Assembly: GCA_035499455.1 (NCBI GenBank)
Contig: DATJYS010000005.1
Location: forward strand, 551,348-615,347
Source of the DNA: Thermoplasmata archaeon
GTDB taxonomy: Archaea; Thermoplasmatota; Thermoplasmata; Lutacidiplasmatales; UBA184
DNA: 64,000 nt
Direction: 5' to 3'
Positions 9,120 to 17,489 of the stretch are shown here, piece by piece. The notes beneath the pieces were generated by a model. The model searched no databases. It was not told the DNA's origin and worked only from the letters and a program-made list of their open reading frames with translations. The translations under genes and the position numbers were made by a program. Numbering within the stretch: position 1 is the stretch's first letter; every line of letters starts with the position of its first letter.

Positions 9120-9963
9120 CGGCTTCCGGCTCGGCGTCTTCTACACGATCATCCGCCCCGAAGAGAAGGCGATCCTTGCCGCGGCGGAGTCCCGCGGGGT
9201 CGACGTCGAGCGTTGGGACGACGGGGAGGTGACGTTCGGGCTTGACCGCCCGGAGCAGCTCCCCGACGTGGTCGTGAACCGCTCGGTGAGCCACACGCGC
9301 TCCGTCTACGCGACCCGGTGCTTCGCCCACTACGGCGTGCCGACGGTGAACGACCCGGAGGTCGTCGAGCTCGCGGGCGACAAGATCCGCACCTCGCTCC
9401 GGCTCGCGGAGCGCGGCGTCCCGACGCCCCGCACCGTCATCGCCCTCTCCGCCGAGGCGGCGATGAAGGCGATCGACCAGATCGGCTACCCGGCGGTGCT
9501 GAAGCCGGCGGTCGGCTCCTGGGGGCGCCTGATGGCGAAGGTCGACTCGCGCGAGGCGGCCGAGCAGATCCTCGAGCACAAGGAGGCGCTCGCCTCCCCC
9601 GTGCACTCCGTCTTCTACGTCCAGGAGTTCGTGCCGAAGCCGGACCGGGACCTTCGGGCGTTCGTCGTCGGGGAGACCGTCGTCGCCGCGATGTTCCGCC
9701 ACTCGAAGGACTGGCGCACGAACGCGGCCCGCGGGGCGACCTCCGAGAACGCCCCGCTGACGCCCGAGCTGACGTCGCTCGCCCTTGCGGCCGCGCACGC
9801 GGTCGGCGGCGGGGTGCTGGCGGTCGACCTGATGGAGTCGCCGTCCGGCCTGGTCGTCCACGAGGTCAACCCGACCCCCGAGTTTCGGGCGCTCGCGGCC
9901 GCCACCGGCGCCGACATCGCCGGGGCGATCGTCGACCACGCGGTCCGGATCGGCCGGAGATGA
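9112..9963 (+). CDS. lysX: LysX/ArgX ATP-grasp ligase (glutamate/alpha-aminoadipate--LysW ligase)
   Basis: KPAVGSWGR, YVQEFV, WRTN, HEVN; follows lysW. Confidence 0.93.
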   Translation: MSNGFRLGVFYTIIRPEEKAILAAAESRGVDVERWDDGEVTFGLDRPEQLPDVVVNRSVSHTRSVYATRCFAHYGVPTVNDPEVVELAGDKIRTSLRLAERGVPTPRTVIALSAEAAMKAIDQIGYPAVLKPAVGSWGRLMAKVDSREAAEQILEHKEALASPVHSVFYVQEFVPKPDRDLRAFVVGETVVAAMFRHSKDWRTNAARGATSENAPLTPELTSLALAAAHAVGGGVLAVDLMESPSGLVVHEVNPTPEFRALAAATGADIAGAIVDHAVRIGRR

Positions 9964-10985
9964 AGGTCGCGATCGTCGGCGGTTCGGGCTACGTCGGCGG
10001 GGAGCTCCTCCGCCTCCTGCTCGGCCACCCGGAGGCCGAGATCGCCCAGGTGATCTCGGAGTCGATGGCCGGCAAGGCGGTCGCCCGGGCCCACCCGAAC
10101 CTGCGCAAGCGGACCGACCTGCGCTTCGAACCCCGCTCCGCCCTCGCGCCGGCCGACGTCACATTCGTCGCGTCCCCGCACGGGGAGTCGATGGGAGGGA
10201 TGGGCGAGCTCCTGGCCGGGGGCGGAACGGTGATCGACCTCTCCGCCGACTTCCGTCTCAAAGACGCCCGCGCGTACCCGGAGTACTACGGGCGGGAGCA
10301 CCCGGAGCCCGCCCTGCTCGCGACGAGCGTCCTCGGGCTGCCGGAACTCCATCGGGAGGAGATCCGCACCGCCCGCCTCATCGCCGTCCCCGGATGCATC
10401 GCCACCGCGTCGATCCTCGCCCTGCGACCGATCGCGGCGCTCGACGGGGTCGACCGGCAGCACGTCGTGGTCGACGCGAAGAGCGGTTCGTCGGCGAGCG
10501 GCCGGGACGCGGGTCCGGCGGGCCAGCATGCGGAGCGCTCGGGCGTGATGAGGGCCTACGCGCCGGCCGGGCACCGGCACACGGCGGAGATTGAGCAGGA
10601 GACTGGGGCGCGGGTCGCGCTCTCCTGCCACTCGGTCGAGGCGGTGCGCGGTGTCCTCGCCACGGTCCACGTGCCGACGACCCGCCCGTTCGACGACCGG
10701 GAGCTCTGGACGACGTTCCGCGCCAGCTACGGCGCCGAACCGTTCGTCCGCATCGTCCACGACTCGGACGGGATCTTCCGGGAGCCCGAGCCGAAGATAC
10801 TCTCGGGAACGAACTACTGTGACCTCGGGTTCGCCGTCGACCGGCACGCCGACCGGATCGTGCTTCTGGCCGCGATCGACAACCTCGGGAAGGGGGCGGC
10901 GGGCAACGCGGTGCAGTGCTTCAACCTCCGCGCCGGCCTCCCCGAGACGACCGGCCTCGAGTTCGCCGGGCTGCATCCGATCTAG
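9960..10985 (+). CDS. argC: [LysW]-glutamyl/aminoadipyl phosphate reductase (ArgC/LysY)
   Basis: GGSGYVG, IDLSADFRL, PGCIAT, IDNLGKGAAG. Confidence 0.94.
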   Translation: MKVAIVGGSGYVGGELLRLLLGHPEAEIAQVISESMAGKAVARAHPNLRKRTDLRFEPRSALAPADVTFVASPHGESMGGMGELLAGGGTVIDLSADFRLKDARAYPEYYGREHPEPALLATSVLGLPELHREEIRTARLIAVPGCIATASILALRPIAALDGVDRQHVVVDAKSGSSASGRDAGPAGQHAERSGVMRAYAPAGHRHTAEIEQETGARVALSCHSVEAVRGVLATVHVPTTRPFDDRELWTTFRASYGAEPFVRIVHDSDGIFREPEPKILSGTNYCDLGFAVDRHADRIVLLAAIDNLGKGAAGNAVQCFNLRAGLPETTGLEFAGLHPI

Positions 10986-10996
10986 CGCAGGCCGCG

Positions 10997-11791
10997 ATGA
11001 CGATCGTCGTGAAGATCGGAGGCGCCTCCGGCAACCGAACGGGCTCCGTCCTCGACGAGCTCGCGAAGCACCCGGAGTACGTCCTCGTCCACGGGGGGTC
11101 GGCGGAGGTCGACCGACTGGGCGCGGGGCTCGGTCGCCCGGCCGAGTACTACACGTCGCCGAGCGGGGTCGTCTCCCGCCGGACCGACCCGGCGCACCTC
11201 GAGGTGCTCGTCTACGCGCTCGCCGGGAAGGTCCAGACCGAGCTGGTCGCCGGCCTCGGGGCCCGGGGGGTGCGCGCGGTCGGTCTCTCGGGGGTCGACG
11301 GGCGGCTGCTCCTCGCCCGACGACGGACCGGCGCCCGCGCCGTCGTCGACGGCCGGACGATCCATCTCACGGACGACCTCTCGGGAACGATCGAGCGGGT
11401 CGACGTCGCGCTGCTCGCGACGCTTCGCTCCGCCGGGATCCTGCCGGTCGTCGGGCCGCCCGCCGTGACGGAGGACGGTCAGGTCGTGAACGTCGACGCG
11501 GACCGCGCGGCGTCGTCCATCGCCGCTGCGCTCGGCGCCGAGGCGCTCGTGCTCCTCACCAACGTGCCGGGACTGCTCGAGCGGAAGGAGGACCCGACCT
11601 CCCGCATCGCCCGGATCCCCCGGGACGACGTCGAGCGGTTCCTCCCGCTCGCTGCGGGGCGGATGCGCAAGAAGCTCGTCGCGGCGCGGGACGCGGCCGC
11701 CGCCGGCGTCGGCCGCGTCGTCATCGCCCCCTCGGATCTCGCCGACCCGATCGCCCACGCCCTCGCCGGAGGGGGGACGGTGATCGCGTGA
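10997..11791 (+). CDS. lysZ: [LysW]-glutamate/aminoadipate kinase (LysZ/ArgB)
   Basis: VVKIGG, VHGGS, TSPSGVVSRRTD, NVDADRAA, GRMRKKL. Confidence 0.92.
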   Translation: MTIVVKIGGASGNRTGSVLDELAKHPEYVLVHGGSAEVDRLGAGLGRPAEYYTSPSGVVSRRTDPAHLEVLVYALAGKVQTELVAGLGARGVRAVGLSGVDGRLLLARRRTGARAVVDGRTIHLTDDLSGTIERVDVALLATLRSAGILPVVGPPAVTEDGQVVNVDADRAASSIAAALGAEALVLLTNVPGLLERKEDPTSRIARIPRDDVERFLPLAAGRMRKKLVAARDAAAAGVGRVVIAPSDLADPIAHALAGGGTVIA

Positions 11792-12942
11792 GCGGACCAG
11801 GGCAGGAGAGGGAGTTCGCCGAAGGGAAGCGCCGCCGCCTCGCGATCGTGCGGGGCCGCGGGGCGCACCTGGTCGACGCCGCGGGCCGGACGTACGTCGA
11901 TCTCGGAGCGACCCACGGCGCCGGCAACCTCGGGAGCTCGGACCCGGAGGTGGTCCGGGCGATCCAGGCGCAGGCCGCGGAGCTGATCTACCTTGGTACC
12001 GGCTGCGCGAACCCGGTCCGCACGGCGTTCCTCGAGAAGCTCACGGGGCTGCTGCCGTCGTCGCTCGGGCGCGTGTTCCTCTCGAATTCGGGCACGGAGG
12101 CCGTCGAGGCAGCGATCAAGATCGCGCGCTCGTCGACGGGGCGCCCGAAGGTCGTCGCCGCGATGCGCGGCTTCCACGGACGGACCTACGGTTCCCTCAG
12201 CGCGACCTGGCGCAAGGAGCTGCGCGCGCCGTTCGAGCCGCTCGTCCCCGAGTTCGTCCACGTCCCGTTCAACGATGCGGCGGCGCTCGCGGCCGCGGTC
12301 GACGAACGAACGGCGCTCGTCCTTCTCGAACCGGTCCAGGGGGAGGGCGGGGTGCACGTCGGGACCCCTGACTTCCTTCGGTCCGCCCGCGAGGCCGCCG
12401 ATCGCGCCGGCGCCCTGCTCGCCTGGGACGAGGTGCAGACCGGGATCGGTCGCACGGGGCGGCTGTTCGCGTTCGAGCACGCCGGCGTCGTGCCGGATAT
12501 CCTCGTGCTGGCGAAGTCGCTGGCCGGCGGGGTGCCCATTGGAGCGACCGTGACGACCGCCGGGGTCGAAGCCCGCTTCCAGGGATCGCACCATTCGACG
12601 TTCGGCGGGAACCCGCTCGCCTGCGCCGCGGGGACCGCCGCCCTCGAGCGGACGGTCCGAGACCGGCTCCCCGAGCGGGCGGCCCGCCTCGGCGGGCGTG
12701 GGCTCGATCGGCTGGCCTCGCTTCCGCCCGAGCGGGTCCGCGAGGTCCGGGGTCTAGGCCTGATGATCGGCATCGAGCTCCGCGACCGGGTCGCGCCCGT
12801 CCTGGAGGCGCTCGAACACAAAGGGTTCCTCGCCCTGCCGGCCGGCGCGACGGTCCTCCGCCTGCTTCCGCCGCTCGTTATCGAGGAGGACGACTGGGCC
12901 GCGGGCCTCGAGGCGATCGCCGAGGTGATCGGCCGTGGATGA
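11788..12942 (+). CDS. lysJ: [LysW]-semialdehyde aminotransferase (LysJ/ArgD), class III PLP
   Basis: NSGTEAVEAAIK, FHGRTYG, EPVQGEGG, DEVQTG, AKSLAGG; GTGA overlap. Confidence 0.92.
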   Translation: MSGPGQEREFAEGKRRRLAIVRGRGAHLVDAAGRTYVDLGATHGAGNLGSSDPEVVRAIQAQAAELIYLGTGCANPVRTAFLEKLTGLLPSSLGRVFLSNSGTEAVEAAIKIARSSTGRPKVVAAMRGFHGRTYGSLSATWRKELRAPFEPLVPEFVHVPFNDAAALAAAVDERTALVLLEPVQGEGGVHVGTPDFLRSAREAADRAGALLAWDEVQTGIGRTGRLFAFEHAGVVPDILVLAKSLAGGVPIGATVTTAGVEARFQGSHHSTFGGNPLACAAGTAALERTVRDRLPERAARLGGRGLDRLASLPPERVREVRGLGLMIGIELRDRVAPVLEALEHKGFLALPAGATVLRLLPPLVIEEDDWAAGLEAIAEVIGRG

Positions 12943-14005
12943 CGGCCGTCTGCTGGAGCGTCTCGTCGCGCGGTACAGCCCGTCCGGGGCGGAGGCCGGG
13001 GCGGTCCGCGAGTACGTGCGGGCGGCCCGCCGCCTCGGCTATCGGACCCGGATCGACGGCGCGGGGAACGGGATCGCGGTCCGCGGCGCGGGGCGACCCG
13101 AGCTGCTGTTCCTCGGGCACATCGACACGGTGGAGGGCGAACGGCCGGTCCGGCGCGTGCGCGGCCGCATCCACGGCCGCGGCGTGGTCGATGCGAAGGG
13201 GGCCCTCGTCTCCGCGCTCCTCGCCGGGCGGCGCTTCGCCGGCCCCGGGACCCTGCGCATCGTGGCGGCGGTCGGGGAGGAGACCGACAGCCGGGGTGCC
13301 CGACACCTCCTGCGAGGGGCCCGGGCGGACGCGGTGATCGCCGGGGAGCCGAGCGGATGGGACGGCGTGACGATCGGTTACAAGGGGGTATACCGGTGCA
13401 CGGCGACATTCCGCGGACGGCGGAGCCACTACTCCGGCCCTGCTCCCACGGCCGCGGACCTCGCGGTCGATTGGGTCGGCGCGGTGCGGGCCTGGGCGGC
13501 CGAGCATCGGGGGCCTTCGATGTTCCGCTCCCCGACGGTGAAGGTGATCGGTTGGTCGACCGGGCCGGCCGGAGACGCCGAGGAGGCGTCCGTGACGCTC
13601 GACCTCCGGCTACCGCCGGGAATGTCGGTCCGCTCGGTGCGGGAGGCCCTTCCGCGCGAGCCCGGCCGCCCCCTCCTGCGCGCGATCGCGCAGTGCGACC
13701 CGGTCGAGGTCCCTCCCACGAGCCCGGTGGCGAGCGCCCTCGTGAACGCGATCCGCGCCGAGGGGGCCCGTCCCACGCTCTGGCGGAAAGGGGGGACCTC
13801 CGACCTCAACCTGGTCGCGCCCGCGTGGTCGGTGCCGGGGGCGGCGTACGGCCCGGGCGACTCGCGCCTGGACCACACGGCGCGCGAGTCCCTCTCCCTG
13901 GCCGACCTCGCGCGCTCGGTGTCGGTGCTCGAGCGCGCGTTCGCCGAACTGCTCGGCGCGGGGGACCGACCGCCTACCCTTCGACAATCGGGCGGCGGTG
14001 CTTGA
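12935..14005 (+). CDS. lysK: [LysW]-ornithine/lysine hydrolase (LysK/ArgE), M20 family
   Basis: GHIDTV, GRGVVDAKG, GEE, GEPSG, GPGDSRLDHT. Confidence 0.92.
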   Translation: MDDGRLLERLVARYSPSGAEAGAVREYVRAARRLGYRTRIDGAGNGIAVRGAGRPELLFLGHIDTVEGERPVRRVRGRIHGRGVVDAKGALVSALLAGRRFAGPGTLRIVAAVGEETDSRGARHLLRGARADAVIAGEPSGWDGVTIGYKGVYRCTATFRGRRSHYSGPAPTAADLAVDWVGAVRAWAAEHRGPSMFRSPTVKVIGWSTGPAGDAEEASVTLDLRLPPGMSVRSVREALPREPGRPLLRAIAQCDPVEVPPTSPVASALVNAIRAEGARPTLWRKGGTSDLNLVAPAWSVPGAAYGPGDSRLDHTARESLSLADLARSVSVLERAFAELLGAGDRPPTLRQSGGGA

Positions 14006-14852
14006 TGAACTCGCCCGAACGAAGCTCGCGCGCCGCGTCGGCGAGCTCGGAGCGGGTGTTCATGACGATCGGGCCGTACCAGGCGACCGGTTCGTGCAGC
14101 GGCCGTCCCGAGACGAGCAGGAACCGCCAGCCGTCCGGACCGGCGCTCGCCTCGACCCCGCCGCCCTCGCCGAACAGCACCGTCTCGCCGGACGCGACCG
14201 ACCGGGAGTCCGTGCCCGCGAACGCCCCGTGGCCTTCGATGCCGTGGGCGAAGACGGTGTGCCCGGCGTGGGGGGACCAGGAGAACCGCTCCCCCGCGGC
14301 CAGTCGGACGTCGAAGTAGCTCGGGTCGACCGGGATCCCACGGACCGGCCCTTCGAGCCGGCCGAACGACCCCGCGACGACCTTGACGGCGCCGCCGGCG
14401 TCGGTCGGCACCTCGGGAATGTCGGTCGCGCCGAGGCCCCGGTAGGCGGGAACGGACATCTTCTCGCGCGCCGGGAGGTTCACCCACAACTGGAAGCCCG
14501 CGAGGTTCGGGTTGTCGCTGCGCTTCGGCATCTCCTGGTGGACGATGCCGCTGCCCGAGTTCATCCACTGGACGTCCCCCGGGCCGATCACGCCGGCGTT
14601 GCCGAGCGTGTCGCCGTGCTCGACGCGGCCGTCGAGCACATACGTCACGGTCTCGATCCCGCGGTGCGGGTGCCACGGAAAGCCGGCCATGTACTCCTCG
14701 GGGTTGGCGGAGCCGAACCGGTCGAGGAGCAGGAACGGATCGAACAGCGGGACCTCGTTGTTCGAGAACGATCGGCGCAGGTGGACCCCGGCGCCCTCGA
14801 GAGTGGGGACCCCCGGGAATCGTCGGACGATGGAACGGAGTGGGTCGGACAT
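13974..14852 (-). CDS. Pirin family protein
   Basis: DPFLLLD, GFPWHPHRGIETVTY, GIVHQEMP, QLWVNLP. Confidence 0.95.
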   Translation of the reverse strand: MSDPLRSIVRRFPGVPTLEGAGVHLRRSFSNNEVPLFDPFLLLDRFGSANPEEYMAGFPWHPHRGIETVTYVLDGRVEHGDTLGNAGVIGPGDVQWMNSGSGIVHQEMPKRSDNPNLAGFQLWVNLPAREKMSVPAYRGLGATDIPEVPTDAGGAVKVVAGSFGRLEGPVRGIPVDPSYFDVRLAAGERFSWSPHAGHTVFAHGIEGHGAFAGTDSRSVASGETVLFGEGGGVEASAGPDGWRFLLVSGRPLHEPVAWYGPIVMNTRSELADAARELRSGEFIKHRRPIVEG

Positions 14853-14853
14853 G

Positions 14854-14893
14854 GAGTTACCTCGCGTAACTCAATAACCAAGGGTTACTTAAG
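14854..14893 (-). promoter_or_regulatory. Pirin promoter with two tandem dyads
   Basis: Perfect GAGTTAC-N5-GTAACTC (14854-14872) and TAACC-N3-GGTTA (14875-14887) lie between TATA-like CTTAAG (14888-14893) and the ATG. Confidence 0.65.
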
Positions 14894-14985
14894 GAGTCGG
14901 GGACCGCGGGGTGAGTTGGTGGCCCGGGCGTCGACGTCGGCTCCAAGGAATCCCTGCCGTCCGACCGCGCTCGGCGGCGAGTAAA

Positions 14986-15036
14986 TTCACTCAGTGAACA
15001 CTGCCGTGTAGCAAGTTCACTGACACAACGCTTAAG
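14986..15036 (+). promoter_or_regulatory. ZIP promoter with operator-like inverted repeats
   Basis: TTCACT-C-AGTGAA (14986-14998); TCAGTGAAC-N15-GTTCACTGA (14991-15023); BRE/TATA ACAACGCTTAAG. Confidence 0.6.
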
Positions 15037-15068
15037 GCGGGCTCGGTGTGCTGGCCTCAGACGCAGCC

Positions 15069-15839
15069 ATGGACGACTTCCTCGTTTTCCTCGGGTTGAC
15101 CGCCCTCATGGGACTCTCGATCTTCCTCTCCCTGCCGATCGTCTACAGCAAGCGGGCGCAGGGGCGTTGGTCCGTCGGTCTGAACGCGGCCGCGATCGGG
15201 ATCCTGATCTTCCTGCTCGGAGACATCTTCTCTGACGTCGCCCCAATCCTCTACCCGAGCGGCTACGTCGCCGACCTCGGCTACTCCGTCGCGTTCGCCG
15301 TAGCGTTCACCGCGGCGTTCCTCGCGCTGCTCGCGGTCGACAACCTGCCGCGGTCTCCCGGGGCCCCGGTCGAGAGCTCACCCCGAACGACGGCGCTCAT
15401 CGTCGCCCTCGGGATCGGTCTCCAGAACCTGACGGAGGGTCTCGTCTTCGGGGTCAGCTGGACCACCGGCGCCATCGGGGTGCTCGCCGTCGTCTTCGTC
15501 GGCTTCTTCCTGCAGAACGTCACCGAGGGATTCCCGATCGCCGCGCCGTTCCTGGGGACCTCCGCGGGTCGACGCCTCCCGGTGATGGCCGGCCTGTTCC
15601 TCGTCGGCGGACTGCCGACCATCGTGGGGGGGATCATCGGCTACCACTGGAGCAACGATCTGTTCCTCGTGGTCTTCGACGCCCTCGCCATCGGCGCGAT
15701 CGTCTACGTGATCCTGCCGATGCTCCGGCTTGCCTTCCGGCCGCTCGAGTCTCGGGAGGCTTCGATGGCTCGGAACCGGCTCGTGTACCTCGGGGTCCTC
15801 GCCGGCTTCGTCCTCGGCTTCGCGGTCAACGCACTGTGA
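15069..15839 (+). CDS. ZIP (ZupT/GufA) family divalent metal transporter
   Basis: About 8 TM segments; paired motifs GLQNLTEG and FLQNVTEG. Confidence 0.85.
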   Translation: MDDFLVFLGLTALMGLSIFLSLPIVYSKRAQGRWSVGLNAAAIGILIFLLGDIFSDVAPILYPSGYVADLGYSVAFAVAFTAAFLALLAVDNLPRSPGAPVESSPRTTALIVALGIGLQNLTEGLVFGVSWTTGAIGVLAVVFVGFFLQNVTEGFPIAAPFLGTSAGRRLPVMAGLFLVGGLPTIVGGIIGYHWSNDLFLVVFDALAIGAIVYVILPMLRLAFRPLESREASMARNRLVYLGVLAGFVLGFAVNAL

Positions 15840-15910
15840 GGCCCCCGAGGTCCGGCCCTCGTCGGCCGCCGCCCGGGGCCGCTATGTACGCGCTCGGGTC
15901 GTAAGGATCG

Positions 15911-16702
15911 ATGCCGCGAACGGCCCCCACGCCGGTCGTCTCGGTCCAGGTGATGCAGGCCCTCGTCGCCCGCGAGCTCGTCGAAGGGTTCGGGCTCTCC
16001 GAGCGACGCGCGGCGAAGCTCCTGGGACTCGTCCCATCGTCGGTCTCGCAGTACCTCTCGGGGAAGCGCCTCGGGCCCACGCTCTCGGTCTACCTCGCGG
16101 ACGAAGCGGCCCGCCAGATCGCCCACGAGGCGGCCCAAAAGCTGGTCGACGGCGGGTCCCACGCGATCCTGGAAGCTGCGGTCGCCTTCGAGGAGCGGTT
16201 CGGCCACGCTCCCGCGGGGTCCGAGCGCAGCCGCTCTTCCGCGCTCTCTCCAGCGCTCGTCCGAAAAGTGCCGGGGTGGCTCCGAAACCGGATCGCGGGA
16301 GAGCAGAACGCGGTCGCGGAGTGCATGCGGCTCGCCCAGCGCTCCAAGGACGAGCTGACGCGCGCCCTGTTCCGCCAGATCGCGTCCGACAGCCTGCGGC
16401 ACGCCGAGATCGTCGCCTCCTTGGCCGCGAACCTCGACCGGGGGATCGCGGCAACCCCCCCGACCGGGATCACCCGCAGCGACGTCGAGCATCTGATCCA
16501 ACGCGAGCGGGATGCGGAGGCGACGAGCGAGGTCGATCTCGGTCCGGAGCTCGGGGGGATCATGCGGGTCCTCTGGGACAGCATGGAGGCGGACGAACGA
16601 AAGCACGAGATCCTGCTCGGCAAGCTCCTCGAATCGGCGGACACCCCGTCGGTCGGGCGGGCGAACGGCCGACCCCGCCGGGCGCGACCCGCCCGCCGAT
16701 GA
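15911..16702 (+). CDS. HTH transcription regulator fused to ferritin-like (rubrerythrin-type) domain
   Basis: HTH LSERRAAKLLGLVPSSVSQYLSGKR; C-terminal E...DSLRH / E...DERKH four-helix pattern. Confidence 0.75.
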   Translation: MPRTAPTPVVSVQVMQALVARELVEGFGLSERRAAKLLGLVPSSVSQYLSGKRLGPTLSVYLADEAARQIAHEAAQKLVDGGSHAILEAAVAFEERFGHAPAGSERSRSSALSPALVRKVPGWLRNRIAGEQNAVAECMRLAQRSKDELTRALFRQIASDSLRHAEIVASLAANLDRGIAATPPTGITRSDVEHLIQRERDAEATSEVDLGPELGGIMRVLWDSMEADERKHEILLGKLLESADTPSVGRANGRPRRARPARR

Positions 16703-17283
16703 GCCCCGCCGCCCGCCGCGCCTCCCGTCGTCCCGACCGCGGGGACGAGCCGGCCGAGTGGGTCGTCCTCCTGAAGGGCGGCAACACGGGAGGGAACGTG
16801 TTCCGACCCAGCCTGTTGCCGAAGGCGCTGCCGCGCCTCGGCCTCGTCAGCCTCGGGGCGGCGGGGACGTTCGTAGCGGCGTCCCGGGAGAGCCCCTCCG
16901 CGATCCGCACAGCGATCGCCCACGCACTGCCGTTCCGGTCCGCTATCATGGTGGTCCCGGCCACGGAGATCCGGCGGATGCTCCGCCTCGACCCCGCGGC
17001 CGGGCTGGACGACGCGGACGGGACCCGGAAGTTCCTCACGGTCGCCGAGCGCCCGCTCCCGGCAGGCCGGCCGCTGCCGATCGCGGCCCCGGAACGGGGC
17101 CGCTGGGCGGTGCGGATCGTCGCGACCGACGGCCCGTTCGCTGCCGGGGTCTGCCGTCGGATCGGGCCGCAGGTGATCTACCCCAACACGATCGTCGAGC
17201 GGGAGTTCGGAGTGCCGGCGACGACCCGCTGGTGGGAGACGTTCGAAGCGCTCTGCCGCCGGTTCAGGGCGTCCGATCCGTGA
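16699..17283 (+). CDS. DUF1697-like protein
   Basis: WVVLLKGGNTGG, GAAGTFV, ATTRWWET; ATGA overlap. Confidence 0.7.
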   Translation: MSPAARRASRRPDRGDEPAEWVVLLKGGNTGGNVFRPSLLPKALPRLGLVSLGAAGTFVAASRESPSAIRTAIAHALPFRSAIMVVPATEIRRMLRLDPAAGLDDADGTRKFLTVAERPLPAGRPLPIAAPERGRWAVRIVATDGPFAAGVCRRIGPQVIYPNTIVEREFGVPATTRWWETFEALCRRFRASDP

Positions 17284-17489
17284 ACATCCCCGCACCCTCG
17301 CCGGTCGGGAAGTTCCCGTCGCACGGGGGAGGGGACGGCGCGCCGGCCGGCGAGGCAGGCCGAGGGGGGAGCGTGGCGACCACGGACGGCCGTTCGCAGG
17401 TGTCCGGGGCGAACTCGGCGGCCCGGGGAACGACGGATGGATAACGGCGTCCGGTCAAGATTATGTATCGAGACACCCCTTGCGCCGGC

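Noticed and set aside
15022..15032. GACACAACGCT shared by the ZIP promoter and the NiCoT promoter (minus strand 5467-5477)
   Set aside because: It sits immediately before the TATA box in both, so it is most simply the BRE. The ZIP promoter lacks the matching NikR half-site at the same spacing.
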